DNA of 63,652 bases, the filler included, from Circinaria calcarea (lineage: Eukaryota), in NCBI GenBank assembly GCA_051942165.1. It is 8 parts of 8 records of this genome, joined end to end, with 100 filler letters (N's around TTAATTAATTAA, not from the genome) between each part and the next. Parts side by side here need not be neighbours in the genome. Positions count along the whole stretch, not along the records: positions 1 to 7,876 come from JAVECS010001224.1; positions 7,977 to 15,850 come from JAVECS010001225.1; 6 more parts are not named here. The stretch is one strand, 5' to 3'. Below are positions 1 through 12,374 of this stretch, piece after piece. The notes beneath the pieces were generated by a model, which saw only the letters and a program-made list of their open reading frames with translations, made no database searches and was not told where the DNA came from. A program made the translations under genes and the position numbers. Positions within the stretch are counted from its first letter, which is position 1; each line of letters starts with the position of its first letter.

Positions 1-2185
1 CTTCTCCGCTCCTCTACCACCGCTCCCTTCTCTTGATCATCTGCGATCCTGTCGGCCTCCTCAAAGTCTTTGCTGTACTCACGAAGATTCTTGCGAATCT
101 GCTTTTGCTCTTCCTTCGAGAGTAGCGTCGGAGGTCGTGGCCGCCACAGGAATTGCTTGAACTTGTCGATATGCTCTTCTCGTAAGAGCTCGCCTTTGAA
201 ATCATAGAGGTGGTATCCGTTTTCCGTCTGAATTCCCGGTTAGCTACTTGACCTAGAAGATGGCAATGTGGGGAGAGTACGGTATGCTTCCACATACTCG
301 CGCTAGTCGCGACATATCGCCCTGTTGGATCCCAATCGATGTCGGTCACACCATAATGATCCGCTGTAGACATGAGCTGTAAATTCGCCGTCAGGTCTCT
401 GTCAGACTCTGCTTTCTCGCCTTCGAAATCTAGATCCCAAAAGTCAAGGTCAAAGCTCTGCTGTGAGTGAACGGTAGCAACAACTACAAAACGTCCTTTC
501 GGCGACCAATAAATTGCGTTACTGTTCTTCTTGTCGATTGTTCTGATATGCTTGAAATTACCAACGCCTGCACCTTTGATCTTTTCCGGGCAGAAGAATG
601 AGACGGAAGTCTTCGGTGGTACTGCGGTAGCGGCGATAATCTCTGCTGCGGTTATCAGTACAAAGCGATCCCCCTTAGGCTCCCATGCAAAGTTGATAAC
701 AGTGTCCTTGATCGAGTCGACAACTTCAACAGGGACACCCTTTTCCCGAACGCGAAAGATCTCTAGGTTGGTTGCTAATGACTTTTTGGACTTTGAATGC
801 CGATCAACCTTAACACAGACGTACGCTGCTTGCGACTGCCAGTGAAGCTTGGCGTCAGTCACATTGAATAGGTTCCGCGTTCGTACAATCTCTTTCGAGG
901 GTATGCTCATCAGTCCCACTTTTGCAGGGTTACTTCCAATCTCCGGTGTCCAGTAGCAAAGCAGTTGTTCGTAAGTCTTGACGCCATCCCTTTGGGGATT
1001 AGCTGGGGCCCATTCAAAGTCCTTCACCCCTTCGATCTTAATCGATGTCTTATCGAGGAGGTTCATCCTGGGTAGTTCGTAAATAGAGATTGATTGTCCT
1101 TCGAGCATACGAGCAACATATTTGTCATCAGAAGACCACTTGAAAGCAGGCCATGGTATCTTTTTCTTTAACGGCACCCCGTGCTCATCTACACTAGGCC
1201 CTGAAAGTTCGTGAGTTTGGAATGATCGTAAAGGTTTGCCCGTCGCCACATCCCAGATAATGTAATTCTTTCCATCATCTTCCAGGCTGAGAACTGGATC
1301 ATCCTCTGCCACCTCAATAGGTTTGAATGACCAGGTTGTAATGTATCTTTCCGAAGGGGAGAAATCGATCATGTTGCATTCGGGATGGGGAAGACGGGTT
1401 TGTCTTGTCCAAGATTGTCCGCCCCATAACTGTGCTCCCCGTGAGTGCATTGTCGCAAGATATGTGCCCATGGGAGACCATTGTACGAAGAGATCTGTCC
1501 AGTGCTGCCGGTCGATGATCATCTCAGGTGTTTCCTTCTTTCTGTTCCAAAACACGCCCACACTTTCGCCACGGAACATCACAAACTGATCTCTGCCGTT
1601 CGGATCGCCCAACCACCAGCGCAAATGTTCCTTCTCCTTGAATGGCTCTATATGGGGTGGATGGTACTCGTCATCTATACGGCCCTCGCGTCCATAGCGA
1701 TCGATATCGGTTAATTTGTTGACCGCGATAGTATGTCTCTTGTCCAAGGCAGTCCCATGCAGGGCTTTCGTAGCGGCGATGGCTTGCTCGGGCGTTTCGT
1801 ACTCCACAAAGGCAAAGCTGCGAGAATTAGAACCGATGGTCGGCATGATGGTTGGTATCCTACCCTTCCGACATATTCTTCTCGTTGATGGGCATGAAGA
1901 TAGCATCTTCTTTCGTCTTTCCCACGGTATTCAACTTTCTCATCAAGAACTTGACCAACTTTTGCTTGCTGTCTTCCGGGACCACTGGTAGCCCATCGAC
2001 TACCACGAAGGCATCAAGCCCTTGCTCCAGCCTGACTTCATATTGCTCTCGTAGATCTATTCGCCAGCAGTGTTAGACCGTCGGTTGTTTTGTGGGCGGT
2101 ATTTGTTATACGCACCGGAGAAGTCAATTTCTTCCTCTGAATCGTACCCATCATCCTCGGGAAGATTTTCAAAGCTTGGCGCCAT
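1..2185 (-). CDS. PRT1: Eukaryotic translation initiation factor 3 subunit b (eIF3b/Prt1); 3' end runs off the window
   Basis: ATG at 2185 ([23 protein letters not shown]). GT-AG introns at ~2057-2115, ~1819-1863 and ~229-280 join an RRM ([10 protein letters not shown]...GFAFVEY) to the beta-propeller ([31 protein letters not shown]). Confidence 0.95.
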
Positions 2186-2223
2186 TTTCTGTGAATACTG
2201 CTACTGATCAGGCTTTTTTTGTT

Positions 2224-2247
2224 GAGAGAGAGAGAGAGAGAGAGAGA
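2224..2247. repeat. (GA)n microsatellite in the eIF3b 5' region
   Basis: About 12 GA units are directly visible. Confidence 0.9.
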
Positions 2248-2957
2248 TGGCTTGTTCGACGCAGATGCTAGGGCGTGCGATGGTGTGAGGTCTCGGTCTC
2301 ACCTACTTGGATGTGGGCGGATCTTTTAGCCTTATGGTAAATCGGGCTCGCTTATGATATCCTATGGTACGGGTAGCTGTGATGTGCCGTAAATGCTCAA
2401 ATTCAAAAGAAAGAAAAAGTCTGGGGCCTTCCCACGCACTACCGGCTACTTATAGGGACCATCTCGATCCTACTTCCTATGACTCATGTCCGGTGGAGCT
2501 CTCCATGCAATCATAAAGATCCCCTGCTCTGGTTAGATAAACTTATTCAACCTACCGAGTGATTCTAACCGGCCATATATCAACTGTGAGTGTGGGGTAC
2601 ACTACCATATGGCCTGAGCCGAGCGATCTTCAAGTTGACCGATCAGTGGATGAGCGTGGCCAGCACCAGCCCCCCAGCCACCGACAATATCAAAGTCACC
2701 ATCGGTGAAGTAACACCATCACTTTGCTTCATACCCAACATTCTTCCTGAGAGCAACGGAGCTACTGGGATCATGCGGTGACCCTTTGCTTGGTCTCGCG
2801 CTCTTTAGCTCTCGCGCTTCCGAGCAGATATTAGCCCTAATTTCCAATCATTGGTCTCCTTGTTGGCAAGCGCACCGTCTTCAGCTTTGACCAGATAATC
2901 GCCGTTCAATAGTCCCTTAGCGATCAGGATCCTCTCATCCAGATTACCGCAGGCGCC

Positions 2958-3956
2958 ATGTCGTGTAGGTCACTATAAAAGCCAGCACTCTGACACTTAC
3001 TAAGGTCGGATCAAATAGTACCACCAGAGGTTGAAGCTTCATATGTCGTGATCATCGATTCCATTCTCGCTGCCAGCGACCTTAACACCATCACCTCCAG
3101 GCGCATACGAGATGGGCTACAACAAGCTGTTGAATATGACATTACCCCCCAAAAGGTAGCAGTTTGGAAGAGTCAGAGTGATCGCTACACAACTCATTGT
3201 TACTTAGGATGCGATCAAGTACCTCATTATGACCCGATTCAACAAGTTTGTCGCCGACAGAAATACGATTCCCACAACCAATGGTAACGGCCACATCAAA
3301 CCCGAGAAACCAGACTCGCCGGAGCCAGTAAAGTCGATTCCACCCCCAAAGAAGCAAGAAGACCTTAAGCGATCAAGTGATGATGAAGACGACCTCTCGG
3401 ATGTGCCAGACACCCCTCCACCTAAAAAGAAGCGGAAAACTTTACCCCTAGACTCTGATGCCGCGTTCGCTGCCAAACTACAAGCAGAGGAGAACATTCG
3501 CGCCAGACCAACGAGAGGCGGAGCCAACAGGAAAACTCCAGCGGTGAAGAAAAAGAGAACGCCGAAGAAGAAGACGGCCAACAAGGTGAAAGCTGAAGAC
3601 GATAGCGATATTGACGGATCGGGTTCGGAGGTGGAGGAAAAGAAGCCGAATAGAAGTGGCGGCTTTCACGTACGATTTCTCTTATCCTTATCATCAGAGG
3701 TAGGAGGAGCGTCATTGACGGCGACCAGAAACCACTCACTTTGTCCGCGCCCTTGTCTGCACTACTCGACAATGAAGTCCAACTCTCGAGGCCGCAAACT
3801 GTCAAAAAGATATGGGAATACATACGAAAATGGGACTTGCAAGATCCAGCCGACAAGCGTCAGATACGCTGCGACGAACCGATGAGGGCGGTGTTCAAGC
3901 AAGACAAGGTCCACATGTTTACCATGAACAAGATCCTAAGTCGCAATTTACGATGA
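2958..3956 (+). CDS. DEK-C + SWIB/MDM2 domain protein (Uaf30/Tri1-like)
   Basis: Spliced model with three GT-AG introns (~2965-3018, ~3156-3207, ~3670-3728). N-terminal DEK-C (IIDSILAASDLNTITSRRIRDGLQ), DAAFAAKLQAEEN motif, C-terminal SWIB (LSAPLSALL...SRPQTVKKIWEYIRKWDLQDPADKRQIRCDE...MFTMNKIL). Confidence 0.85.
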
Positions 3957-5308
3957 GGTTGGGATCACTCTGGATTCCTCGGGGGTTTGGAACTGATTGA
4001 GAAAATAGTACGGTACGGAAATTCGGGACAGTTTTGAGTGGGGGACAATCATATGAGCTCTGTTTTAAGAACCAAAAAAAGATTACCAACCAAAATCTCT
4101 ACAGTCCGGAGATCTAAGCCTTTGCTACACAGCTGGCGGCGCCAAGGCGGATCTCTATCGGATACTTCATCAGCAGCTCTGTTGCTGTTGATACTGCTTT
4201 TAGCGATGGCATTGAGAGTTGGAATACTCATGAATTATGACTACGATTTCGAGCAGGGCATCATCCATACGGTAACGACAGCACAGGAACTGAACTAACA
4301 CCATCATTCAGAAGTGTAAGTAATTGATCTTTTGTCAATAGGTTGATCTACTACGTGCTTGGTGGTGTTACCCTTTTACTGTTTTGCAGTGATACCTGCC
4401 TTTGAGGCGCTCGCATTTTATTAGAGGTGTGCAGGTAGTGTGCTTATGTGGCTGACTGCAAGGATTTGTCGATATCCCCTTTGATAAGCTCCCACAATTC
4501 AATTGCTACGGTTGCAAGGAGTATCAAATCTCTCCAAAAAAATCCCTAACGGAGATAGAGCTTTGGTTCGGCAAAGAGGCGCCCAAGAAGATTATCAATT
4601 ATCATTATATCAAAGATTACTTTACCACCTTCTGACGATGGGTTGGAACGTATCTGATTGTCTACTATCTAACTACTCTTTAACGCTGCAAACGTATGGC
4701 CGCATACGCTCCTCTGTCCTTTTCGCCTCCGCGTGTTGGGTACACCTGTCCAATTTCCTTCCCTTTCTTACCCCTCTGGCCACCCGAGTGTTGGATGTAC
4801 TACCTATAATTGACAAGACTTTCATCTAGAACCTATAGAAGATACAGACATGGTCTGGTGAGTGAAACAGATGAGTCAATAGGCTAAGTTATTAATAAGC
4901 GGTGGTCGGAAATAGCTAGAAAGGGAAAGGGAGAGAAGGCTCTACGCTATATGAATGTAAGCCATGGGTAGATATGTATGCGATCGGGCACCAGAGGTTG
5001 TCAATGGATTACACTTCCTATTCTGACTCAACATAGGGGAGTCATTGCGACTACCTACGAAAAATGGGGGATCTGATTAGATTAACGCGCGGTAAAGAAC
5101 CTGGTCAAATGGGCGTCTAAGCTACGCTAGTCATCCTTGCCCTGTGACGCATCAATCCTCACCATAGCCCCACTAAGATATTAGATTCCCAAACTGAGTA
5201 ATCCTTCAACAGCCACTGTTGACGATCCAAGTATCCCTTCAGAAACAAAGAGCACTAGATACCTTAACCATCCTTCAAGATTTTAGCAAATCGGATATAC
5301 TCGATACA

Positions 5309-7811
5309 ATGGCTTCTGCAACAGAATTCACCGCGCCTTCCCAAGCTCCCTCTGCGCCGTCACCAAACCGCCGTTCAAAGGGTAACGGCTTTAGAGGAGG
5401 TGGGAGAGGACTTCGAGGAGGTAATCGGGAAGGATTGAATGGTTTATCGCAAACAAACAGTGCCAGAAATGGCCGCCGAGGGGGCCGGGGGAGTCAAGGA
5501 CTACCATCAGGAGCAAGTACAAGCGAACACAACCGTCAGACCTCCAACCTGGCACTTTTTCCAGATCCGCCTATTCCACCACCCCCTGGCCTTGGTGGGG
5601 GAGGCAGCTTCAGCGATCGCCCCACTGAAGATGCCAGAAATCCCATGGGCGGCGGGGAGACGAGAGTGCGAGAAATGACAGAGGAAGATGGCGAGGCTGA
5701 AGTGTGCTTTATCTGTGCTTCGCCTGTAGTACATAACTCTGTAGCACCTTGCAACCACCGGACTTGCCATATTTGCGCACTACGATTGCGGGCCCTGTAT
5801 AAGACCAGGGCTTGCGCACACTGTCGGGTAAGTAGCGACTTCTAATAGATGGCCATTGTTGTAGTTATTCTGACCATTGACATAGTCAGAAGCAAAATTT
5901 GTAATATTTACCGATGATCCAGTGAAAGGATATGAGGATTTCATTGATAGAGATTTCGAACAAACAGACGATGTCCTGGGGATCAAATACGAGAAGCAGG
6001 AGATACATGACGACACTGTGCTTCTACTCCGGTACAATTGTCCAGACACGAGCTGCGATATCGCCTGTTGGGGGTGGCCAGATTTGCACCGCCATGTCAA
6101 AAGCGTGCATCAGAAGGTAATGTGTGATCTTTGCACAAGGAATAAGAAAGTCTTCACGCACGAGCACGAGCTGTTTACAATGCAAGAACTTCGAAAGCAT
6201 GAAAAGTTTGGCGACGACAATCCGGGCGCTGTTGACCAAAGCGGCTTCAAAGGGCACCCTGAGTGTGGGTTTTGCAGACAACGTTTCTATGGGGATGACG
6301 AGCTCTATACCCACTGCCGAGACAAACACGAGAGATGTCATATCTGCGATCGAAATAACCAAGGAAGGCAGCAACAGTACTTTGTGGACTACAACTCTTT
6401 GGAGCAGCATTTTCGAAAGGACCATTTTATGTGTGCAGACCAGGAATGCATGGAAAAGAAATTCGTAGTTTTTGGCTCTGAGATGGATCTTAAGGCGCAC
6501 CAGCTTGAGACGCATCCAAACGGTCTATCGAAAGATGCTAGGAAAGACGCTAGGAGAGTTGATATATCTGCATTTGACTATCGAACACCTCATCAGGAAA
6601 ACCGCGGTGGGAGAGGAAGGGGCAGAGGAAGAGATCCTAACACCGAAGCTATTCCTCAATCTACAGCTCAGCCCTTACGAAGGGATGAGCTCGCATACCA
6701 ACGACAGATGGCGATACAGAGCGCGCAAAGTGTTTCCACTCGCAACTTTGGGGGTCAATTGACTTCTACCGATGCATACGCTGCTAGGCCGACAAACCAA
6801 CACGTGGATCAGCCAACTATTACCGGTCCTCGTATCCATACTAACACAAACTCATCCTTTCCTGCTATCGATAACCTCCATCTTGAATCTCATCATCAAC
6901 CCCCAACGAGCATACCAGCATCACCGACCCCTCAGCACGCTCTCACACCACAGGAGCAAGCTAGACGGCTGCGTCATAATGCCGTGATGGAGCGGGCATC
7001 AGCTCTGCTCAAGAATGATCAGCTTAAGATATCAGACTTTCGTAACCGAGTATCATCATATCGTACCTCTGCCATTTCAGCTTCACAACTCATCGATACA
7101 TTCTTCTCCTTATTTGACGTTTCACCGGCGGATCTAGGTAAGCTAGTCAAGGAATTGGCGGACATTTACGAAAACGAAAGCAAACGAAACGATCTCCTAA
7201 AGGCATGGAACGACTGGCGTGCCATCAACGAAGACTATCCTTCACTTCCCGGTCCGAGCGGAGTCCTACCAGGCTCCTCTGCTGCCACCACCACAGCCAG
7301 CGGCGGCCGCAGAATCCTCAAACTAAAGAGCTCAACGGCTCAATCATCCCGATCAGCAGTAAGTCGCCAGGGCAGCTGGGGCAACGCGGCAAACGCGAAC
7401 CCCTTCCCCCCAATACCAGCTGCATCGGCCAACCGAGCCGGGCCCGGGAAGGTCGGCGCAACACCTTGGGTCAACCCATCATCTTCTCGTCCCTCACCCG
7501 CCTCCTCACGCCCAGCGTCCACGGCACCTACCTCGCGAGTTCACGCCGAAGGCTCAGATGCCTTTCCTGCCCTGCCCGCCGCCGCGAAACCAAACACTAC
7601 TATTTTCGGTCTGCATCGAGGCGCCGTGAACTGGGATGACGGGAGAAGTTCTGCACCTTCGAATCCGTGGGGTCACAATGGCTCCTCGTCCAACGCGAAC
7701 GCGAACCCCTCGGCTACCGCGAGTGATGTGGAGGCCGAGTATGATGCCGGAGGCGGGAATAAGAAGAAGGGGAATAAGGGGAAGAAGCAGACGCTGTACA
7801 AGTTTGGGTAG
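5309..7811 (+). CDS. HEL2: RING/C2H2 E3 ubiquitin ligase Hel2/ZNF598 (ribosome quality control)
   Basis: RING CFICASPVVHNSVAPCNHRTCHICALRLRALYKTRACAHCR, intron 5828-5885, tandem C2H2 fingers (GHPECGFCRQRFYGDDELYTHCRDKHERCHIC), C-terminal KKGNKGKKQTLYKFG. Confidence 0.93.
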
Positions 7812-7876
7812 ATGGGAACTTACTTACCTTGTTGGTGTTTACGTAGAAAGGGGGGGGGGGGGGGGGGGGAAAACCG

Positions 7877-7976
7877 NNNNNNNNNNNNNNNNNNNNNNNN
7901 NNNNNNNNNNNNNNNNNNNNTTAATTAATTAANNNNNNNNNNNNNNNNNNNNNNNNNNNNNNNNNNNNNNNNNNNN
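7877..7976. other. Artificial contig linker (44 N + TTAATTAATTAA + 44 N)
   Basis: The same 100-nt spacer recurs seven times; its core has stop codons in all six frames. Confidence 0.99.
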
Positions 7977-9725
7977 GTTAGGGGAAGGGAGAGGGGAGGG
8001 GAGAGGAGAGAAGGAGGGAAATGAAGGAAGGGAGAGGGGAAGGATAGAGGAGAGAAGGAGGGAAAGAGAAGGAGGGAGAGGACAAGTCGAGGTCGGGGGT
8101 TCTCCATGGTAAAGGTGAGATGTGTGTTCGAGATGAAAGTGGGAATTGATCGGAAGCGTAGGTGGAGAAAATGGAGAGGAAACAATTGATTGTAAGACCG
8201 TAAAGTACTTTACTTGAAAAGTATCTAAAGCTAAGGTATGTGATAATGTGAGGCACGAGCAATACGATGGCTATATGTGGTATGTGCGAGAACTAATCAT
8301 TACCGAAGAAGAAATGTGCGAGTGAAAGGTTTTCACTATACGCCGAGACGCCAACTAAACAAGGTATCGCCACCCCCTAAGCGTAGAGCCTGACATTGAT
8401 AAAGCAGCAAAGCAGCCTGTTTGCTACAGTTTACCCAGGATTGCCATGCCAAAAAGAAATAACTAGGGGTAGTTCTTGAAAGCGAAGAGAGAACCAACTA
8501 CTCCATCTCGGTTCAACTGGATTGCGAGGTGGGAGTGCGGGGTTGTATCGTACTTGTACTGTACTGTAGATATGCTTTAGTAGTTGTATCGAGGAATAGA
8601 ATACCGGCTTGAATTTTGGGTAATGGGCTTTCCCGCATTGCGAAAAATTTTAGGAGTAAGGTGGTTTTGATTACCTTACCTGAAGCATCTTTCTGAGGTT
8701 GTGAGGAGCTAACTGAGTACTGCCCCGAGATCAAAAGTTGCATGTAGAGATGAGAAAGAAGGGGGAGGAGGAGTGGAGGGAGAAACAAGTGCAATTGGCT
8801 GTTTGCCTATTGTCCAGGTTGGGAAAGGTTGGTTACGCGAAAGTGGCAGGACGGAATGAAACAAGATGTGAGCAAAGGAGTTGAGAGCATAGTTCTACTT
8901 ACAACGAAATGGATCACACAAGGATAATCTATACATCCGTGACTCGCACTGTAAGGCAGAGGAACGTGTAAAAGTGGACCATCGGTTCAAACATCATGGA
9001 GGAGAGCAAGTCCTACAAGAAGTATGAAGGTTACCGTAATTAGCAGGCTGTTTCTTGGAAAGAAATGTAGGCAAGCTTATCTCATGTGATCGTCTTTGTA
9101 TTTTTCCACATCTCTCATCTGACCTGGCATACAATTCCTTCCAAAGAGACAGTTTTGAAAAGAACGAAGCATCTTGAACGAGGTGCGCCTGGTCTTGTCT
9201 ATTACCAAGCCAGGAAGAACCAAGGTCCTTGAAACTGCAAGAATTTTGAATCTTTTGGGATCATGTTAGACGATCCTAAGACTACCCGGCCTGCTAGTGA
9301 GCTGGAGTTAGGACCATTCCAAGCATTGGTAGAGTATCAACATACTCATAGGCTAACATTGTCTAGGCTGGAGCACGGAAGAGGATGTACTAGCCATCTC
9401 GAGCAAGTATCTGAGCACAAAGTCCATATCAAGGGATGCATCAGTCGGAGAGTCCCCTAGGTTCCACCACCGGTGGTAGTACCACAAACTTCGCAGCCTG
9501 AGTGAGTTTCCAGACCGTTCGTCATCTCTCGTGTGTTAATCGGCCCTGTACTCCCAGCTTTCGGAAGATAATCTGTCCGATGTTCTAGCCTGCCTAGGAA
9601 GGTTTCGGCAAATTTATCTAGTTCGTCCCCGAACCAAGGTAGCGCACATTATACGAGGAACCATTGGAGAGATATCGACTGTATGGTCGCACCTTTCGTG
9701 CTCCAAAAACATCTTTTCCATCCAC

Positions 9726-10798
9726 TCAAGAAGGTTTACCGGAATATAACATCGAACCCATCAGCCTCCCGTCGTCGGAGCTTCCCATCCCGGGCCTCGG
9801 GTTTTTCTTCTTCATCGAACTAAGGGTCTTGTGTGCCGTGGCTTCTCCAAGTCGCCAGCCACGGTTTATCCACTCCCGACGCTCCTCTCGACTTAGATGG
9901 AGCGTATTACCTTCGGGGCAAACCCGAATGACTAGCTCCTCTGCTCCGGCGTCCTTGGCAATCTCTTCAGCCAACTCAATGTCTTTCGTGTACCCAATCG
10001 TGAGAGTCTTAATGCCGAGCATCTTTCGGATAGCCTCGGGTATGCAAGCGTGAACACGGGTCGTGGAGTTGGAGAAGATCTCCTCGGCAAAGTAAACGCC
10101 GTGGTTGGGAAGATCCCAAATGTCACCTCCATCGACCCCGGGTAGATAGATGGCCAGACTGTCCAGGTCCTGGTAAACCGCCAGGAAGTTAAGGGTCCGG
10201 ATGATCAGGCGGACAGTCTTTTCTTCCAACCGCTGGACCAGCTTGATCAGCTGATTCCGGCGTCGCTGGATCTCTTTCTCTTCAGAATCGCCCATCACCG
10301 TGATGGCCTCAACGATACCGTGTATGTCTCCCCGTCCTGATTCAATCTGCACGCCGTACGCCCAGCTAATCTCCAAGTCACGGATCGCACCCCGATTCAT
10401 GTCGCCGATGTCGAGAAGCCAGTAAAAGATGTCATTATTATCTTCGGCGTAAAGGATGATTTTGTTCGAACCATAAAAGACTGGAGAGGCCTCGTGGTTG
10501 ATGAGTCGACAAACCCGGAGGAAGCTGGCATTTGTAGGCGTCGCTCGAGCGTTGTCACTCTCGTAAACGAGCCCGACCTCCCGTGAGTCGGCAATCCAGT
10601 TACTCGGCGGGCCTTTGCTGTAGTCGTGTGGGGGCTGTCTGGAAAGTCCCAGGAGTTCCCCCTTTGGTTGCACAAACAGGTACTCATAGATTGTGGTCCG
10701 CACTTCGGCGGCGATGTCGAGGAAGCCTGTCTGGAGCGGACGAGGTCAGCAACGACTTGACGGGAAGGATGAGGTTCGTATAATCCTCTACTCACCAT
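9726..10798 (-). CDS. Uncharacterised fungal protein with an N-terminal F-box-like (FLDxxxEVRxxIY) motif
   Basis: ATG-only first exon at 10796-10798, GT-AG intron 10731-10795 with a CTGAC branch site, then TGFLDIAAEVRTTIYEYLF...FLRVCRLINHEASPVFYGSN in a long ORF with coding-like codon bias. Confidence 0.7.
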
Positions 10799-12374
10799 GG
10801 CCGTGTTTGAATGCTGGGAAGGAGGAGGAGGAGGCACGGTAAGATGAAGAGGCAACAGGTCGGGAGACACCCATGGGCGAAATTATAAATGCTGCAGGTG
10901 GGGGGTTCCCCTTGGGGGGGGTAGCTGCCGTAGCCTCTCGTCTATTGGGGAACGCAAAGGCCCGCCCCGATCGATGATTCAGGGTCCATTGGCAGCTTCG
11001 ACACTGACTCGACCCTCGACCCCAAGGCGCGTCTACCCTTGCTAGTCGTTGCCCGCTATGTGTTTCTGTATCGCGGTACACGCAGTAGGGATCTCGTGTC
11101 GGTTTTCAGGGTCTGGGCCCGTTGTGGAAAGGGTGGGTGGCAAATATCCGAGGCATCGGCCACGGAATCGAATGGAAAACTCGGCAGCTTCACGCCGACT
11201 ATCACCGGGAACAAACTTCCGACCAACAGGACTGCCCGTACGTGCTTTACTGAAGCCCCACACCCCCCATTTTTTCCCTGAACACGAGTGTCCCCCAAGC
11301 CGGGAGTACCGTAAGATCTTACACCCTACGGCAGCCAGTGCGGACAATCATTACTGGAGAGATCCACGGGACAATGGTTGGAGCTGTTCCCCGAGGAAAG
11401 TGCAACGGTGCTTGGAGTGGCTCGGGCTCCATTACTTACCAGCCTCGACGGAGTTGTGGCTTCACCATAGATGCCGACTTGGATAAGGTAGATAATGGAT
11501 GAACGCTGTGGACCAGAGAGAGGATAGCCCTGTTTTCAGTGACAGGTACATCATGGATGAGAGACGGGTGGCTTGCAGCTTCATATGTAATTGCTTAGCA
11601 TTCGAAAAGCCGCCGTAGCAAAGGCCTCATATAACGAGCGATGTCTGTCTTGCTTAACCAGTATCGACGGCACGTCCCCAACGCCTTGCACCGCCAACCT
11701 AAACCCTCCATCACTGTCTCTCGACCTGAGCCTTGGACTTCTCATCACCCCTCCCCCTCCCCCACCTCCCATTTCGGTTTGTCATACCACTTTGTAGGAC
11801 ATCCTTGTCGATCGCCAGTGGTTTGTACGCGTATACCATCCCTAACCCTGCTTGCTGAAGAGATACAGGAATACGGCCTTATCATTGCGAAGATAGAGAC
11901 GACAACTCGAGACGGACAGAAAGGGTGACGCCGCTCCAGCAGGGGAGATCATTTGGAGGCGAACCCCCGATTCATATTTTCATCGCTTCAAGAACTGCGG
12001 GCACCAAAGGCCGCCGAAAAATCTCGGCAGAGGAAAGAGCTTCAATACTGGAGATGAAAAAGCATACCTGTACTTCCGTCTGAATTACTATGAGAGAAAA
12101 ATTCCATTGGCATCAGCTGAAATCTTATGCTTTGCGAGAGACCTCGTAACTATTCCTTCAGCTCGATGAGGTCACATGGCCTTCGGCCATGTATCCCCCA
12201 GCAAACTGACCCGTGTGAATTGCCCGCTAAAACCATTCTGGTTCGTCGGGTTCGGAATACCGATGGCCCGGGCTTCGTTCGACAACCGTGATTACCCGCA
12301 CGTGGAGATTCGGGCATGTGAATTTCGAGCATATGCTGCGATCATAAGGCTGCTTGGAATCGTCGGTAGACAGA

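Noticed and set aside
7921..7932. TTAATTAATTAA palindrome recurring at ~7.97-kb spacing, considered as a biological repeat or array
   Set aside because: It is always centred in 88 N bases and is an artificial six-frame-stop linker.
11040..12350. Several overlapping 60-145 aa ORFs between the F-box-like gene and PRP2
   Set aside because: There is no consistent spliced model or recognisable motif; this is likely divergent promoter or UTR sequence.
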